A stretch of 63,389 nucleotides of DNA, filler included, from Sphacelaria rigidula (Eukaryota), in NCBI GenBank assembly GCA_964200075.2. It is 3 parts of 3 records of this genome, joined end to end, with 100 filler letters (N's around TTAATTAATTAA, not from the genome) between each part and the next. Parts side by side here need not be neighbours in the genome. Positions count along the whole stretch, not along the records: positions 42,344 to 63,389 come from CAXNAA020000470.1; 2 more parts are not named here. One strand, 5' to 3'. Of the stretch, positions 46,236 through 60,460 are shown one piece after another. Every line of letters begins with the position of its first letter. The first letter of the stretch is position 1. Below the pieces are notes generated by a model, which did not search any database, was not told the origin of the DNA, and saw only the letters and a list, made by a program, of their open reading frames with translations. Position numbers and translations under genes: made by a program.

Positions 46236-49200
46236 TCAGCCAACACTGCCACTCGGCTCATGTATCTGCTGCAACGCCAACGAACCGAGCAAGACGCACG
46301 GCAGCACCAGATTGTCCACCTGTCCACACAAGGTATGGCGTATAACGTATGAGGTGTAGCCCAAGCCAACCGATGGTCAGCGAGGGTAACAGGAGAGCAC
46401 AGTGCACGAGGGGTCACGGGGCAGCACTAAGAAATGACATCAGCTCAACAAACAGAAGTCAACGGATACATACCTCGTGTCAAGCACGAACTGGATGAGC
46501 TTTTTCTGGGACAGTGTACACTTTCCATCAAACTCAGGCCAAGCGGCTGCCGCGGTTTAATAATAAAGAGAAAAAATCTGCCGCTTCGCTACTCCAGCAG
46601 ACACCAAATATTATTGTACATCGACGATCAGGCCGCGCAGATGAAACAAAAACCTACAGAATACAAGAAGAGAACTGCTGGCACACAAATCACCACCCCA
46701 CACGCAGACTCTCTTGTAAATGATGTAGCTACGACAATTTTTCTATTACCCCTTTTGGAACCCATGGACGATTTTTGCTTTTGTGAATAGGCATCTTTTG
46801 GACTTGAAAATGAGTGAAAATGATGCTGATTCACAAAATCAAAAATCGTCAATGGGTTCCAAAAGGGTTGATCAAGGCGTATAATGGTGCTGATGATAAA
46901 ATTTCGGAACAGTATTCCGCACGATGTGCAAGCGTTTTCCCCGCGTCGGCAAAGGCGAGGGTGGCCAGTCAGCCGCACAACAGCAATCGACTGCAGATCC
47001 TCCGACTGCACCCAGGCATGTTTACGTAGCCAAGGACCAAAAGTCTGAGGGCTACCTCCACCTCCCTACAGCGGTGGACCCGGGTTGCGGCAGCATGGCA
47101 TGGCGACAAACCGACCTCCTCCCCCCCCCCGCGCCTTATTCGTAGTCCTTCCTGCCTTGACGCGGATAACCCTTTTGGAACCCGAAGACGATTTTTTTTT
47201 TTGTGAACTAGCATCATTTACATTCATTTTCAAGTCAAAATTATGCCGATTCACAAAAAAAAAAATCGGCAATGGGTTCCCAAAGGGTTAACATCGGTAT
47301 CGCCTTATCGCGAGTTTAGGTATAAAGCAAGTCTCGCCCCAACCCTTTTGGGACCGGGCCCTCACTAACCAGGGGTGTAGCCCTTTGACTGCGGGCGGTG
47401 GTCCATCTGTTAAACGGCATCAATTTTATCCGTTTTTCAAGTGAAAATGATGCCGATTCACAATGGGTACTCATCCCTGGTTAGTGTGCCGTAAGTGGTC
47501 CGGTCCCAAAAGGATTGACACGGGGTTTCGGACCATGGACGCAAATGCGAGTTACGGTATTTACCCGACATACGGGATTCGGGTGTGTGAACGACCAAGC
47601 AGAGCCTTGCTAATCCAGCGTAGCATGCTGTTGTGTTTGCTTAATAAGGTCGTTCCTGTGTGCCGTGCAGTTACCAGTTGTATCTCCTGCTCCACTAGAC
47701 TTTTTTGGGGGGGCGCGGAGAGATGAGCGTTTTTTCAAACCGCCCGCAGGGACAGCACAGCGAGATATTTCCGAGATATTCCAAAAATAAAAAGGTTTGA
47801 CAATGATCATGATGTCATCAATTTCCTTCGACATAAAATAGTCATCACCCGTGGAGTGGTTCGTTTCATTTCATTTTATTTTCGCCCATCACAATGAACG
47901 TTTGATCCCAGCGTTAGGGGATCGGGAGATACTAGCATCCGTTCCTTTTTCCGAAAAAAATAGTCATTGCTGCAGTGAATGCCGAACGACTTACGGGCTG
48001 ACCGCTCCTGTGGGGGGGTCCTACGATCGAACAGCCTCAGGTTGTGACTCTTCGGTATTCTTGCTTGATTGAACCCATCCTTTTCGTTTTTGTCAAGGAA
48101 CAATTTTTTTCGTTTCCACCTGCTCATTGCGCTAGAGCCGAAAAAGTGTGTTTTTTGGACCAGCGACGGTCAATAACACCCCCAGATAAAGTGGGTTTCT
48201 ATTCCGTATTAACCCGACAGCAGCAACTTCGGGATTGTGTCATGAGCATGACCTATCTCTTCATCAACAGCTACCGACCCTAGCTCTTCAGAAGTGCTTA
48301 CGCAAGAATACTCTGCGAGAAAACATAAAAATAAAAACCACCTACGGAAATTGCTCACCTGAGTCGTATATAGTACAAGACCGTGAACCAATCCCGATCG
48401 TTTCATGAGCAAATTACAGACTAATGCATTTCTTTACTTTTTCCTGCTCATTGCGCTCAAGGCGAAAAATAAATACGAATTGGACCAACAACCGTCAGTC
48501 ACACCCCCTGTCAACTTTCGCACTTGGTAAAAAGCATGAAAAAAATCACGAACAGTACTATGCCACCGTGATACGCTTCTTTCACCTGACTCGTGAATGC
48601 CTCCGCCAAGCTCGCCAGCGCCACAGGCCAAGCCACACCGGCGCAATATTTCCACCAGCTCCAGTCACCCCCGTCCCACTTACCACTGGTGGAAGATCCC
48701 TTGCTGGTTGCGAAAGAAGCACACACAACGAGAGCCAAAAGGGAGCTCAAGAAAACAGCTGCTGATCCCTCCAGCGTTCGCCTTGAGCTAGGCCACCGGT
48801 GCTGTCCCAGGCTGGAGCCTATCACAGCGCCCTGAAACCGGGACGGACAAAACGGCTTTGTGTCAAAAATACCTCAATGAAAGAAAAATGACAAAGGGGG
48901 GGAAGAGTCATTCGTTTCTTTCCCAGGGCGAATATAGTACTGTACCTAAATAGCTAGCCATCGGGGCTGAATTTAGTCAAAGAAATGAAAGAAAAGATGC
49001 ACGGACGAAACATGGTATCGGCTCATCATGGAACGGACAGTCTTTCACCGCTCTCGCGGTCAACGAAATTCAGTACGCAACAAACCGAGGAACGCACGAA
49101 CATAATCGGAGGGTGTACTCATGATCTTCCATGCCGTAGTCATACGGCCGTTGACCTCGCATCCCTACAAAGCCAGGACGGAGCAGGTCGGGTTTTCGCC

Positions 49201-52200
49201 GGACCAGGCTCGCAATCGATCACCAAGCGCGAAGCGCCGTGATGTGTTCGGCGAGTCGCATGAAGGGTAATCGGGGGCGGGGGAGGGGGGACCAGATTTT
49301 TCACGAAGAAACATAGCTTTGTTCGTCCAAGGGTTTGGTGTGAGTTGTATGAGTGGTATGAATGTCTGGTTGCACATGAAAGCACAAGGCACGATGTCCC
49401 GGCACAAGTGCGATGGCTCACCATCGCATCCCCTACCCCCACAATGATAACGCCTGCGTAGGGTAGAATACCCGCATGTTCCACGAGTCTGCGATCGCAA
49501 TAAAGGCAACAAAATCGACACGATAACGGGCGATGGTGGGTGCAATACAACGATCATGAGTGCAAGCGAGCAAGCACAAGGGCATGCACCATCAATGCAT
49601 CAATACATCAATACATCAATACATCAACAACACCCATGGATTGTGACGGTGACAACATAATACGTGCACCTAGAAGACCTCGTCAACGAAGTCACGCACA
49701 ACGCATGGGTGCAGAAAGTATTTCTCTATTCAGACAAACTAGTGCTAGACTCATGTCTCATGTGTCATGTGTCATGCGGCATCCCAGCAGCACGCAAAGC
49801 CGTAGACAGCCGTGACATGCGTCAAGAGGCGAAAAACAGATTGCAATAAACCCAAGGCATGTACTTCGTGGAGATGCTCAACACAATAACAGCACACACA
49901 TCTATTGACAGTGCGACCATGCAGGAGTGCTTACTGCTGGATGGTGCCTCATGTCTAGTAGTGCACAATCCATGTCACAATGAATGTTCAATGTTCCAAA
50001 GGGGATACTTTCGTTGATGTGCTTGGGAATTCAAAACCAGAATTCAGCAAAGAACGATGCGAATTCCAGCATAACAATTCTAAATTGCAGCGGATTATTT
50101 CAGAGCGCAGGATGTCGAGAGTCAAGAGGTTCTTTTCACAACACCCCGAGAGCGCTTCACTTCTGCATGAACATAAAATCAGGATCAGAATGAAGTCAAA
50201 ATGAACTCGAAATCAAAATCGAAGTCATGATAAAATCGAAATCGAAATCGGACATGATAATCAAAATTCTGAAATATGAAATTGAAAACTGAGAAAAAAT
50301 CAAAATCAAAATCGGACATGAAAATCAAAATCGGACATGAAAATCAAAATCGGACATGAAAATCGAAATACTGAAATCTGAAATTGAAAACTGAGAAAAA
50401 TCAAAATCAAAGTCAAAATCAACATCAAAATCGTGTATGATCGAGCCGTACAGCAAGAAAAGAGAAGCATAAGCTCACCCGGACGCCCAGATCGGAATCG
50501 CGCACCCCAGCACCAAAAACAAGTGCGTCACAACCAGACAACCCCCGTCCCGCGCATCCAGAAACAGCGAGAAATATCTATTCAACGGACCCGCCAGGGG
50601 CGGACAGGCCGCGCATCGCAAGTACTCCGCGACCAGCAGTGCCCCCATCGCGGTGCCGAGGGCGAGAGACAAGAATTCCGGCTGTGCGATGCGATGGGGC
50701 AGGGTAAGGAAGCAGCACGGGAAGTATGCGGTGGGGTTGTGAGGTTCTGCGCGAGAAAGGTGGGGAGAACGCTCTGAAGCCAATGAACTACATAACCACA
50801 ATTGATGACTGGTAGTGATTGTGAAAGGATGAGCGAAGCACCGTCCCTGGCCCGCATCAACTCTCCAGGAGGCATGGCCATCGGGTGCTTGCTCACCATA
50901 GTTTTTGGGACGAAACAGCAGTAGCAGCAGTAGCAACAACTACAGCAGCAACAGCAGGAGCAACATCAACAAAGTGACAGGGCGCCTACCACACGAATTC
51001 ACACCTCTTCTTCCTCACCTCTAGGGCAAGAGCCGGGAGAAACATCACCGTAGCCAAAGCATGAAAAACTTTCCTTGACTGGACGTTGCTCAGGCCGAAG
51101 CGCTCAGCCAGCATCGGAACGGCAGGAACCACGCCCGCGAGTACAAGTAGCCACCCCGCTACCAGCAGGGGACGAGAAAGCGAAAGCCCCGGCGAATCAA
51201 CACTACCTGTATCCCTGTCTCCTTCCCCAACCTCCGCGTTCGTCTCTTCCGGAAGGGAAAAAAACATCCGCTGAAATAGCATAGACGCTCCCGCGGAAAA
51301 AGACAATTCCGAACGATTGACCGTCGGGTTGTGAACCAAAACTATTTCCGCCTCATCGTTCCCGTTCGCCTCGAGGGAGTAGGCAAATGACGGCTGTCTT
51401 TCGGGAACCGATAGCCCCAGGGCGTAGAGCACGGCCCAGGTCACCGGATTCGAGCCGAGCAACGGCGTTGTCCATCTCTCTAACCAGCCTGCGGTGCCGG
51501 TTATAACAACGCCGTACGTCACCATGTCTCCGAGAACGTCTGACGACCATGCTGAACCGGAACACAGTGATACGCCCAGGATAAGAAGGGGCATGAAAGC
51601 GGGAATGGGGAGGGGTTCGAGGGGTGCGTCACGAAGCATGAAAACTAGCTTAGTACCAACTAGGTAAGTGTAAGTGTTTTCGTGTACCCCTATGGCTGTC
51701 CAGTCACACTCAAGTCCGCCACACCCCAGTTGGGGGGATGTGTGAGAGATCAAACACTCATGGAGACGTTCTTGGCATGCGCAGTTAAGAAAGATGACTC
51801 TGGCGGTGATCAAACTGTCGGTGGCGTGACCCATGTGGGGCTGTCACCCTTTAATCTGAGCTTTTCTGATGTGCAATCGGTCGGTCGTGCTCAGCAGGCT
51901 GTGCGTGTGCGTGTATTGCAATGGCACAGAAAGTGTCATGTGAGAACATTCCAAGCTGAGGCGCAATAGGCATATGCTTTTACCAGGAGCAAGGGTGTTC
52001 ATTGATCAACCACTTGCCGTTGCATTATGACCCACGCCGTGAAGCAGGGTTTTGAGAGTCAAACAAAAGTGTTTGACCTCGTACTTGCTGCTTTCATCGC
52101 AACACTAAAACATGGTCCAGCGTGTTGATTTCCTTCTCACTTCGGTACTGACCAATTGGCCACCCCGTTCTTGCTCAATCAACCTAAAACACACTACACA

Positions 52201-53287
52201 CGCCCCCAACGAGTTTTGTAGAGTATACAAGCTCACATGTAGGCATGAAAGCTCGGGCCACAGCGAGTGTCCCTCCCGTGACCAGCGTGCCAAGCAGGCC
52301 TGTTTGCACGATCACCATGCCGCCCGACCGAAACGGTACTGGCGGAAACATCCCCTTCCACGCAGCAGAGTCTGGCACCCACAGCTGTTCATCGCGCCAA
52401 AGCAGTATACAAGCAGTATACAAGAAGTATACAAGCAGTATATAGTGGATCGTGCGCGACGCGTCAATGTTGAGCAGTGGCAAAGCGGAGGCACGTGGTA
52501 TGGATACACATTAGATACACATCAGAGCTGCATTGTTGCACTTCAGTCGCCGTCAAAAACAAACGAGGAGGAGTAGTGAAACATGGCCATTATAATCCGA
52601 ACAAGAGGTACACCTCGTCGACGACATGGCATGTCACCTGTCACTCTTCACAACAACTCTCGCTCGATTTTAGCGGTCGTACGCACCACACCGGGAAGCA
52701 GGACGATACCGCAGCGCAACACTGCACCCAGTACTGTCCTGCCGACCACATGCCTCATCCCCCGTCCGACGCCATATGCCACAGACGATAGGCTTTCTAC
52801 GAAACCCCGTCACGCTTCCAACGACCCCTTACGCTTTCATCCCCCACTCATCCCCTACAGAAGCCGACGCCATGCACTTCAAACGTCCCGCTGCGCTATG
52901 TGCCGCGCTCAGCCGCGGGAAACAAACATCAGGGACCTGCGACTGGAGCACTCAGCCGTTTATACTTGTAGTCACCTCCTGGATAGTGAAGAGGGCCGCA
53001 TCAACCGTCCACAGCGCCACAGCGTGCGCGAGGACTGCAGCCTCCCCTTGCCTCAACGACAACGCGGTCGTCACGCGTCCACCTCCCGCATCTAAAGCCC
53101 GCCGTAGCAGGTCGTACACGGCTAGACACCAAAGCGGAAGCAGAGGTCTTCGGCAGTGCCATGTGCAAGCGGCTGCTAGGAGGGTCAGTCTTGCACGAAA
53201 ACGGGATTCCGAAAGCAACGGGAGTACGGATGGGGTGATAAGAACAGCTCGGTTAGGATCATGACGGGCTGCGGGAGCCGGCTGCAT
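46236..53287 (-). CDS. DOLK: Dolichol kinase (SEC59/DOLK, CTP-dependent), core exons
   Basis: Phase-consistent GT-AG exons: ~53287-52976, 52384-52237, 51551-51019, 50681-50479, 49488-49422, 48831-48586, 46319-46236. Motifs SRKVFHAL, FLDARDGGCLVVTHLFLVLGCAIPIW, GVIIVGVGDAMGAVIGSSLGQHRWPSSRRTLEGSAA, EAFTSQVDNLVLP. The 5' boundary of the 53287 exon is uncertain. Confidence 0.93.
46749..47514. mobile_element. Cluster of three small piggyBac-like hairpin MITEs (46749-46867, 47170-47287, ~47343-47514)
   Basis: CCCTTTTGG(A/G)ACC...GG(T)TCC(C)AAA(A)GG termini with TTAA-like flanks. Confidence 0.75.
50195..50432. repeat. Degenerate AAAATC/GGACATG minisatellite in a DOLK intron
   Basis: aaaatcaaaatcggacatg and related units are reiterated. 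Confidence 0.85.
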
Positions 53288-55766
53288 GTTCGCTTGCGCT
53301 TAACGAAAAAAAATCAAAGATTAATCGGAGAAAAACATAAGGAGAGGAGGGGAGAAGGGGGGAAATAAAATCTACGCTTGTCATCCAAATCCCGATCGGA
53401 GACTTGTGACCAATCATCGGTACCTCATACCAACTCCACTCCCTCGTCTCCACCATCGGCCGATCAATAAATAAATTTCTTCAGCATTGCTACGTAGCGT
53501 TGCTGCCCTGCAGTAGTAACGCATCCCCCGTGTCAAGCGCTGAACTGCCCCGTCGCTGCTTGTTCATCTGCTGGATAATTATGATCTACATCGGAGTAAG
53601 GGACTGCCGCTACTGTCGCTACACCGTGTTGATCCACCGTTGGAGAATACTGCATCAAGCATCATGCATCATGCCATCACCAACCCAAGCACCTTGTCCT
53701 GGTCGCTGAAAAACAAACAACTACCACAATTTTTCGTGTCTCTACACATGCATGAACCACTGTTCCGAGAAAACTGTATTTGATGAACGAGCGCATCGGT
53801 TTGATTTACAGCAAAGAACGGATGTACCAGGTGCAGGAGGATCATGAGCTTGCTATATTTTCGTCGCACAAGCCCTTCTGTGACGTCATAGATTCCCTCC
53901 GCCGGGAAACAATAAACTGAACCCTTAAATTTAACTGTGCTTACCACCTTTTACCTCAGCCATACCAAAAAATGTGAATATAGAGTATAAAACAGAGTAT
54001 ACGGTTGCGATATTGGCGAACGATCAAAATCCTGGTTCCACGGAAACCTGACCGCCTTCTCTTCCCACCCACCTCAGCGGCCCGTTCATGAGCACCTTCG
54101 ACCATACTGCCGACGGTCTTTGAGGCTTCACCACCCTCTGGATCGCCAGCACCGCCTGCGTTGCGGAAAATCGGCGGAGACATGTTCGCGTACATGCGCA
54201 GAACACAGGGAGGATTGAAACGGACACACAAAGGTACGTGCGGAGCACGATCAACAACGAACCCACCACCTCGTCAGTGCACTGTCCTGCACTGTCATGT
54301 CCTGTACTGTACTAGGGCCGAACATCACGAAAGAGTAGGGCGGTGCGTGTACTGCACCAAGTAGACAGGGAGTTCCTAGTGGATTCGACCCTCACATTAA
54401 ACCTTAGACCGCGAGGGTAGTCCATCTGGATAAAGCATACTTTTTCCAACTGAAATTGATGCTGATTCAGCAGATGACCTAGTCTCGCTGTCTCAAGGGT
54501 TAACCATGAGCAAAGCTTTCCGAACGCTCGAAGCGGAGTGGCCGAGCTTCTGGGTAAGCAGTACACGAACCCGCGTGCGGGTTAAGTGTTGGGTGAGGTT
54601 TCCTCCTTCCTTTAAGGAAAAAACAACATACTGCACTGTAAGCGCAATACTGGACAGGACAGGTACAGAGCGTACCTTAGGCAGCTTGATACCTCGGGTA
54701 GGTCCATCTTGTAACTACGGCCGGAATGGTGTATACCTACACCTTTAACCACACTCCTACACCTATACATGTACGAAGTATAAATAACCACGAATTACCC
54801 GACGTGCGATAATAAATCAAATCAGTCAGTCGCTCGGAAAAACAAATCAAATCAAACAATGCACCCACTGTAAGAGGACTCATGCCGCCGGGCGATGGTG
54901 AGCCATTCCTTTCGTTGCTTCGTGCTGCGAGGGGGACATGGCGCAAAGCACGCGCGCACGAATGGTCGGCGGGAGTTGCCAAGCGCTACGATACCTCGTT
55001 GTCTCACCGGGCGTTTGCCTTAGCGGTAGCGGTGGGATGGGGTAATTTTTTTGTGCAGCAAACAACTCCAAATAAACACCGACGCAGCAATAGAGCTTCA
55101 CTTAAGGTACCAAAGGACATATGGCAGTATACCCCATTTTCCTCCTTGTTTATTCTCGAGAAAACAGGCCTTACTCGACACCATGCTGGAAGATGACGGA
55201 TGGCAGCAAATATCCCCAACGTGTATGCTTCCACAAAAAATGATGCCAAGGAACACTTTCTTAAATCGCTGGTGCAGCATCCAGGTCGTTGTTCCTGTGA
55301 GGTCACACGTCACACAACCCCTCGGACGCGCAAGTATTGCCAATCTCTACGATGCCAATCATCCGAAAATGCGCAGTCCCGCTGCTGCTGCTGCCAGTGG
55401 AGCTCACCACTATAATAGGTGACTGGGATTTTCCCGCAATGATATTGCCTGATTCGAGTGTGAACGCCGATAATCGTATCTTCGGCGAGGTTGACAGCCA
55501 CTAGTTCTCCTAGCGCGCGCAGGACGCGTCCTTGTCAAAATCGACTCCTGCGGCACGGCACCGATTTAAGGTCTACCAACGCTACATTTTGCCTCAGGAA
55601 CACTTTGCACCCCATTCGCCCCAGGGTTCTCGGTATGCCTCGGATTGTGAGCAGGGTAAGCGTTCGGTTATGAACGTTAGTTCGATATCATATATTTCCG
55701 AGATTATTTTCCAAAGCGTCAATCGACCAAGTGGTGAATTGACCTCGCTGCTGCAAGTCCCCTCAC

Positions 55767-56807
55767 CTCTGAAGCCGCACACAGGATGGACCCTTCCAAT
55801 AGGGCCTCCACGTACCCCAGCATGACCAGAGGTCCTCCAACACTTCCAACGGACTCGCCCTCACAGCTCCACGTAGCCATCGACACGCCCATAGCTCCAT
55901 CAAGCGCCAGCTGCGACTCGTGGCTCGCCCAGCACTCGTCACTCCCGTCGCACTCCATCGGCGATACAGGCTCTTCCACCCACCCATCCCACGCAGAGAA
56001 CGCAGGGCGACCCTTCTCATTGGCCGAAATTAGCAAGTACAGGGAGCTCAGCACCAGCGGCACCGTGGAAATCGCAACGACCAGACCATCGAAGGGTGAT
56101 ACCTCTGATAGTGCTGATGGCTGCCTGCGGGGGCAAGTTCGTTCCCGTCGATAGTACACGCCGTTTTTGAGGCGGGGTAGACAAAGCACTTTGATGAAGA
56201 ACGGAGGCTACGCGAAGATGGAGAGATGAGCCATTCGCGCCCACATCTGCGACATAGAGTCGGGGGTCACAGGAAGGCGTGTCCCTCAATCTTTTAAATC
56301 TTCCCCTCCGGATCAGCCGCCGAGAGCAGCAGCCATTTTTGGCTGCCAAGGGGCAGAGTTGCTTCACCCCTCGACAAATTAAAGGCAATCGTTACTCCCG
56401 ATAGGTGTTTTGTGTCGAGCTGTCGAGCTCGAGCCCGGGTGGACGTAGTGCTCTTTCCAGGACAGCAATCAATTTGCATGTTTCACACCTTAGCGATTCC
56501 TCCTGCACGTACGGAACCATGATTAGTCCTCACTCAACAGTCGACAAAGATGATGGTGCTAACTGCTTGGTCCTCACCTCGGCGACTGCAACAACCGCGA
56601 CACCGCCTTCTTGCTACCGCTACTGCCGCCGGCCTTCACTCCGTCCACCCCCGTAGCGCTCGCCACTTCTGTCGGAGCATCCCTTACTGCCGGAGAATCT
56701 ATCGCAGTCAGCCTGTCTGGGGTGGACCCGTTGCGGTCGATGACTATCCGCTCGACCGCCTCTGCATCACTTGTGTCAACCGGAAGGCTAGCGCTCTCCT
56801 TGGAGGA
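55767..56807 (-). CDS. Two upstream exons (56807-56578, 56124-55767), probably the N-terminal part of DOLK
   Basis: Both have cag acceptors and gtgagg donors and join in phase. The peptide DGLVVAISTVPLVLSSLYLL resembles the DOLK N-terminal G-hydrophobic-P transmembrane motif. A further candidate exon starts at 54155. Linkage to the 53287 exon is not proven. Confidence 0.6.
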
Positions 56808-56970
56808 CTGCGTTTTGCAGACGAGTCAAGAGGAAAAGGCGGAGCATGAGAAAACAATAAACAATACAAAGCAAGTCTTGTGCTGTACTTGCTGTTGCGA
56901 TTGCAGCAGTACCAGCCAATATCTTCTCCACATTCGAGGGAGGAGAGAGGCTCCACACTCAATATGCCAA

Positions 56971-57047
56971 GACTACAAGGGGGGGGCGTACTCATTTGTT
57001 GCTTGCCTTAGTCGTGTAACAAATGAGTACGCCCCCCCCTTGTAGTC
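56971..57047. repeat. Short hairpin with ~30-bp near-perfect arms derived from the GGGCGTACTCAT repeat
   Basis: gactacaaggggggggcgtactcatttgtt...aacaaatgagtacgcccccccttgtagtc. Confidence 0.9.
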
Positions 57048-57384
57048 TTGGGGCCGCCGACACTAAAAAGGGCCCCGCCGACACAACAAAGGCGGGTGGC
57101 GACTTTCCCAAAACAATGACGGACTAGACATGGTTTCACGACCCGGCCAACTGAAAGCCTCTGCACCTTGCTTCTCGCTCTGGCATCGGTCTGTCTGTTC
57201 GAAATGTAAACATGATGCCGGAGGTTACGCAGTGTACAGTGTAACATGGGTGCTTCGGGTAGTCCCATTTAATACAGTACCCTACTCAGCCCCCGCGCTG
57301 GCAGAATTGTTGTGCTAGTTTTTGCGCCATATGTAGAAGAAACAACAATCCCTGTGCAAGTCATATAATATAACCAAGCTCCGA

Positions 57385-59275
57385 CCGCCCTGCGCTTGGA
57401 AACCTGCGAAGGCTTGTCTAGGCCAGGGATAGGGTCCCCACACGATCTTGACAGTAGCATCATACTCGCCAACAACCTCAGCACTGGTCGTTCAGGTCTG
57501 GTCGATAAATTTCGCCTCGCCGTGTTTGGGTAGGTCGCTCGAAGACTTATTTTTGAATATTTCACCAACACAGGGTCAACCCTGTGTTAGTGGAGGGTCG
57601 ATCCCAAAAGGGTTGACAGTCAAAAATTGGATGGTGAAGAAAAGAAGAGGATCACACATCACCTACAGCTGTGACACCCCGCAAGTGCAGGGGTGTCACA
57701 GCGTCAGGCTCCGGCTACGGTATACATGAGTCGGAGTGATGCTGTTTTGAATCTTGTTATCCCCGTTAACTGACGCTTCCAAACGCCGCTCGAAGTGACA
57801 CCGGCGCCGTTGGTGCCACATCGTCGATATTGTTCAGCAAAAGGGTACTGTTGTTCTGTTCCTTCTTTTTTTTCAGGGCGTGTTTCAGTTTCGTTTTTCT
57901 TGGGTACGTCTATCATGAGACCACTGCTGGACCCCTGGGGGGTCAGTTAAAGTGCGACAATCAATCAATAAAAAAAATCTGCAGCATGGGACCTTGTGTA
58001 ATATGCGGAAAATCTCCTCCATGAGATCAGCAGTTTCACCGCCCCGCACGATATTCTCCGCCATTTGACGGTAGCAAGTGATGTGGCAGAGCGCAGTATC
58101 GCCGCTCCTGCCATCACCCTCCCCGTCCCTCACTGCTGGCGTAGGGAGGGGACTTGATGCCATCCCACCTCGTGTAGCATGCTGTTACCCTTTACGGTAT
58201 CACCACCTCCCCACACACTCCTCCACTCGCTTTTTTCTTCTGACTCCTGGGTTGGCATTGAGTGGCAGCGATGCTGTAGAAACAAGCCACCATAATCTGG
58301 ACATGAAACGTAAATATACACCCCGTCACCATGCGAGCTGGGCCGGCCGCAAATCGTGCATTTTCCAGGCACATAATCACTCTTCAGGTCTTCCGAATTA
58401 GCCCTATGTGAGTATATCTCTGTGAAAAACGGACCAAGGTGGTGATGCACGCTCTGCCGCTTGTTAGAAATAAAATACGTACTGCATAATATTTACTATT
58501 CCTGAACGACGGAACCAAACTCTGTGAGAATAAGGACTCGTCGCGATACGAACTCGTGATCTCCACAATCGGAGTCTCCTGTATCACTCAGATTACCGTG
58601 GCGCAGCGGTATCACAGAGTAAGTTGCACGCGCAGTCCAATTTAATGACGTATGGGCCAAAATTTCAACAGAATCTCTAGCACACAAGGTTAAAATTCGT
58701 GTTCGAAGCAACGAAAGTTTTCTATTTGTTTGTTCACGGAGTCATGGCATTATCAGTATCAGTATATTTCTGTGCTGAAATTTCAAATCGCTATAACTTG
58801 ATGTTCGTTTTCTTCTTTGCTTCGAACATGTTTCGGGGACTGACTGTAAAACTCTCGCTCAACTCCTGCTATTAAGCGACGCGTCACCTGCCAACCGCCA
58901 ACAGGGACCGTCACCTACTGTCTATCGCCCACCACGTACATATACCAGAGAGCGACGATACACAGTGAACACTTCCCCAGACCAACAGACACAAACACAT
59001 GGAATGACTCATGCAACCAATTGTGTTTTTCCATATTAACTCTTTCGGGACCGAACCCCCACCAACACGGGGTTAACCCTGTGTTCGTGAAATAATAGAA
59101 AATAAATCAGGGAGCGACCGGCCCAATCACGGCGAGGCGAAATTTATCGACCAGACCCGAACGACCAGCGTGGGGACTGTTGCCGAGTGTGATGTCACAG
59201 CAAAGATCGTGTGGGGACCCTATCCTTGGCCCAGATAAGCCTTCCCAGGTTTCCAAATACAGGATGCTCGCGACT
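57385..59275. repeat. Two inverted copies of a piggyBac-like element end (~57385-57615 and ~59037-59275)
   Basis: Shared ggtcgataaatttcgcctcgccgtg and ggtccccacacgatct in opposite orientations; CCCAAAAGGGTT-type terminus. Confidence 0.75.
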
Positions 59276-59536
59276 TGGTTGATGGTATTACTTGCATTCA
59301 ATATAGGGTTCCCGGGATTTCCGGGAGATTTTTTTAGTCTTCAGCCTATACTAAAACGCAGTAATTACATTAACACAGGGTGGAGTGGGAAAAACCGGGA
59401 GTGTACATGCGACAATGTGGTCACTTTCATGAGGTGCTAAACCCAGGTGGGCCGTGGAAAGACAAAAGGAGCTAGCTACCGTCATGAATTATGCTTAACC
59501 CTCTGCCGATGACTTGCAGATAACTGTGAACATGTA

Positions 59537-59890
59537 CGAGCTGGGCCAGCCGAGAAGCGATTCTGCAGTTTGCAGGCCGAGTATACGGCCAATACTTGGA
59601 GTTGGATCCTGAAATTTGGTATGGACAATGAGTAGGGCATAATAAAAAAAAATACTGGCGTACACAAGGGATTTTTTTTTTCATGAGTTAGGGGCATTTT
59701 ACCGATATCTGAAATTAAAACTGATTATCGCCCTTAACTCATGAAGAAAAGAAAAATCCCTTGTGTACGCCATTATTTTTTTTATTATGCCCTACTCATT
59801 GTCCAAACCAAATTTCAGGGTCCAACTCCAAGTATTGGCCGTATAATGGACCTGCAAACTGCAGAATCGCTTCTCGGCTGGCCCAGCTCG
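59537..59890. mobile_element. Fold-back MITE with ~160-bp TIRs, TA TSD (Tc1/mariner-type)
   Basis: TA|CGAGCTGGGCCAGCCGAGAAGCG...CGCTTCTCGGCTGGCCCAGCTCG|TA; ~35-bp spacer. Confidence 0.9.
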
Positions 59891-60402
59891 TACGGATTTC
59901 TACTTTCAACGGTCTCCCAATCGGATCACCCCGGGTGTTATCTGTTCAGACACTGGTCTCGCTCCCCAGTAGATTAGATATGTACAGGGCGAGTTAACGT
60001 CTTGGATTCGTTAAATAGCCCGCGGTGATTTTGTTGTTTGTGTGCCGTGGGTGATCATGTGTTGAGGACTCTTGTCGCGTGTCGCGCCTATTACTGTCCC
60101 CTCTCTCATGTCACGAGTTACTCGCTTGTGTTCATCTGAAGAATATTACGTCCGCAAGGAGTGAATCATTCGCGTACGGTATCGAATAGTTGCGTCTATT
60201 GTATAGCATTAAATGCGATGTTCGATACTGTACGCAGTACGCTTTTTGCCAATGTGATACATATATATGTAATAATTCAGGGTATGAAGAATAATGGGCA
60301 AAATGGCCTAGAAAATGTACACCTCTAGGCCATTGCCCAAGAATATTCGTGACAATACTTTGCCGGTATGACTGTGTTAGTGTCTTCCTGGTAATCGAAC
60401 CG

Positions 60403-60404
<2 letters not shown>

Positions 60405-60455
<51 letters not shown>
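60405..60455. repeat. (GT)n microsatellite
   Basis: Directly visible. Confidence 0.95.
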
Positions 60456-60456
<1 letters not shown>

Positions 60457-60460
60457 ATAG

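Noticed and set aside
57885-58163. 92-aa minus ORF as the first exon of DOLK
   Set aside because: Weak donor (GTCCCA) and no family motif; unresolved.
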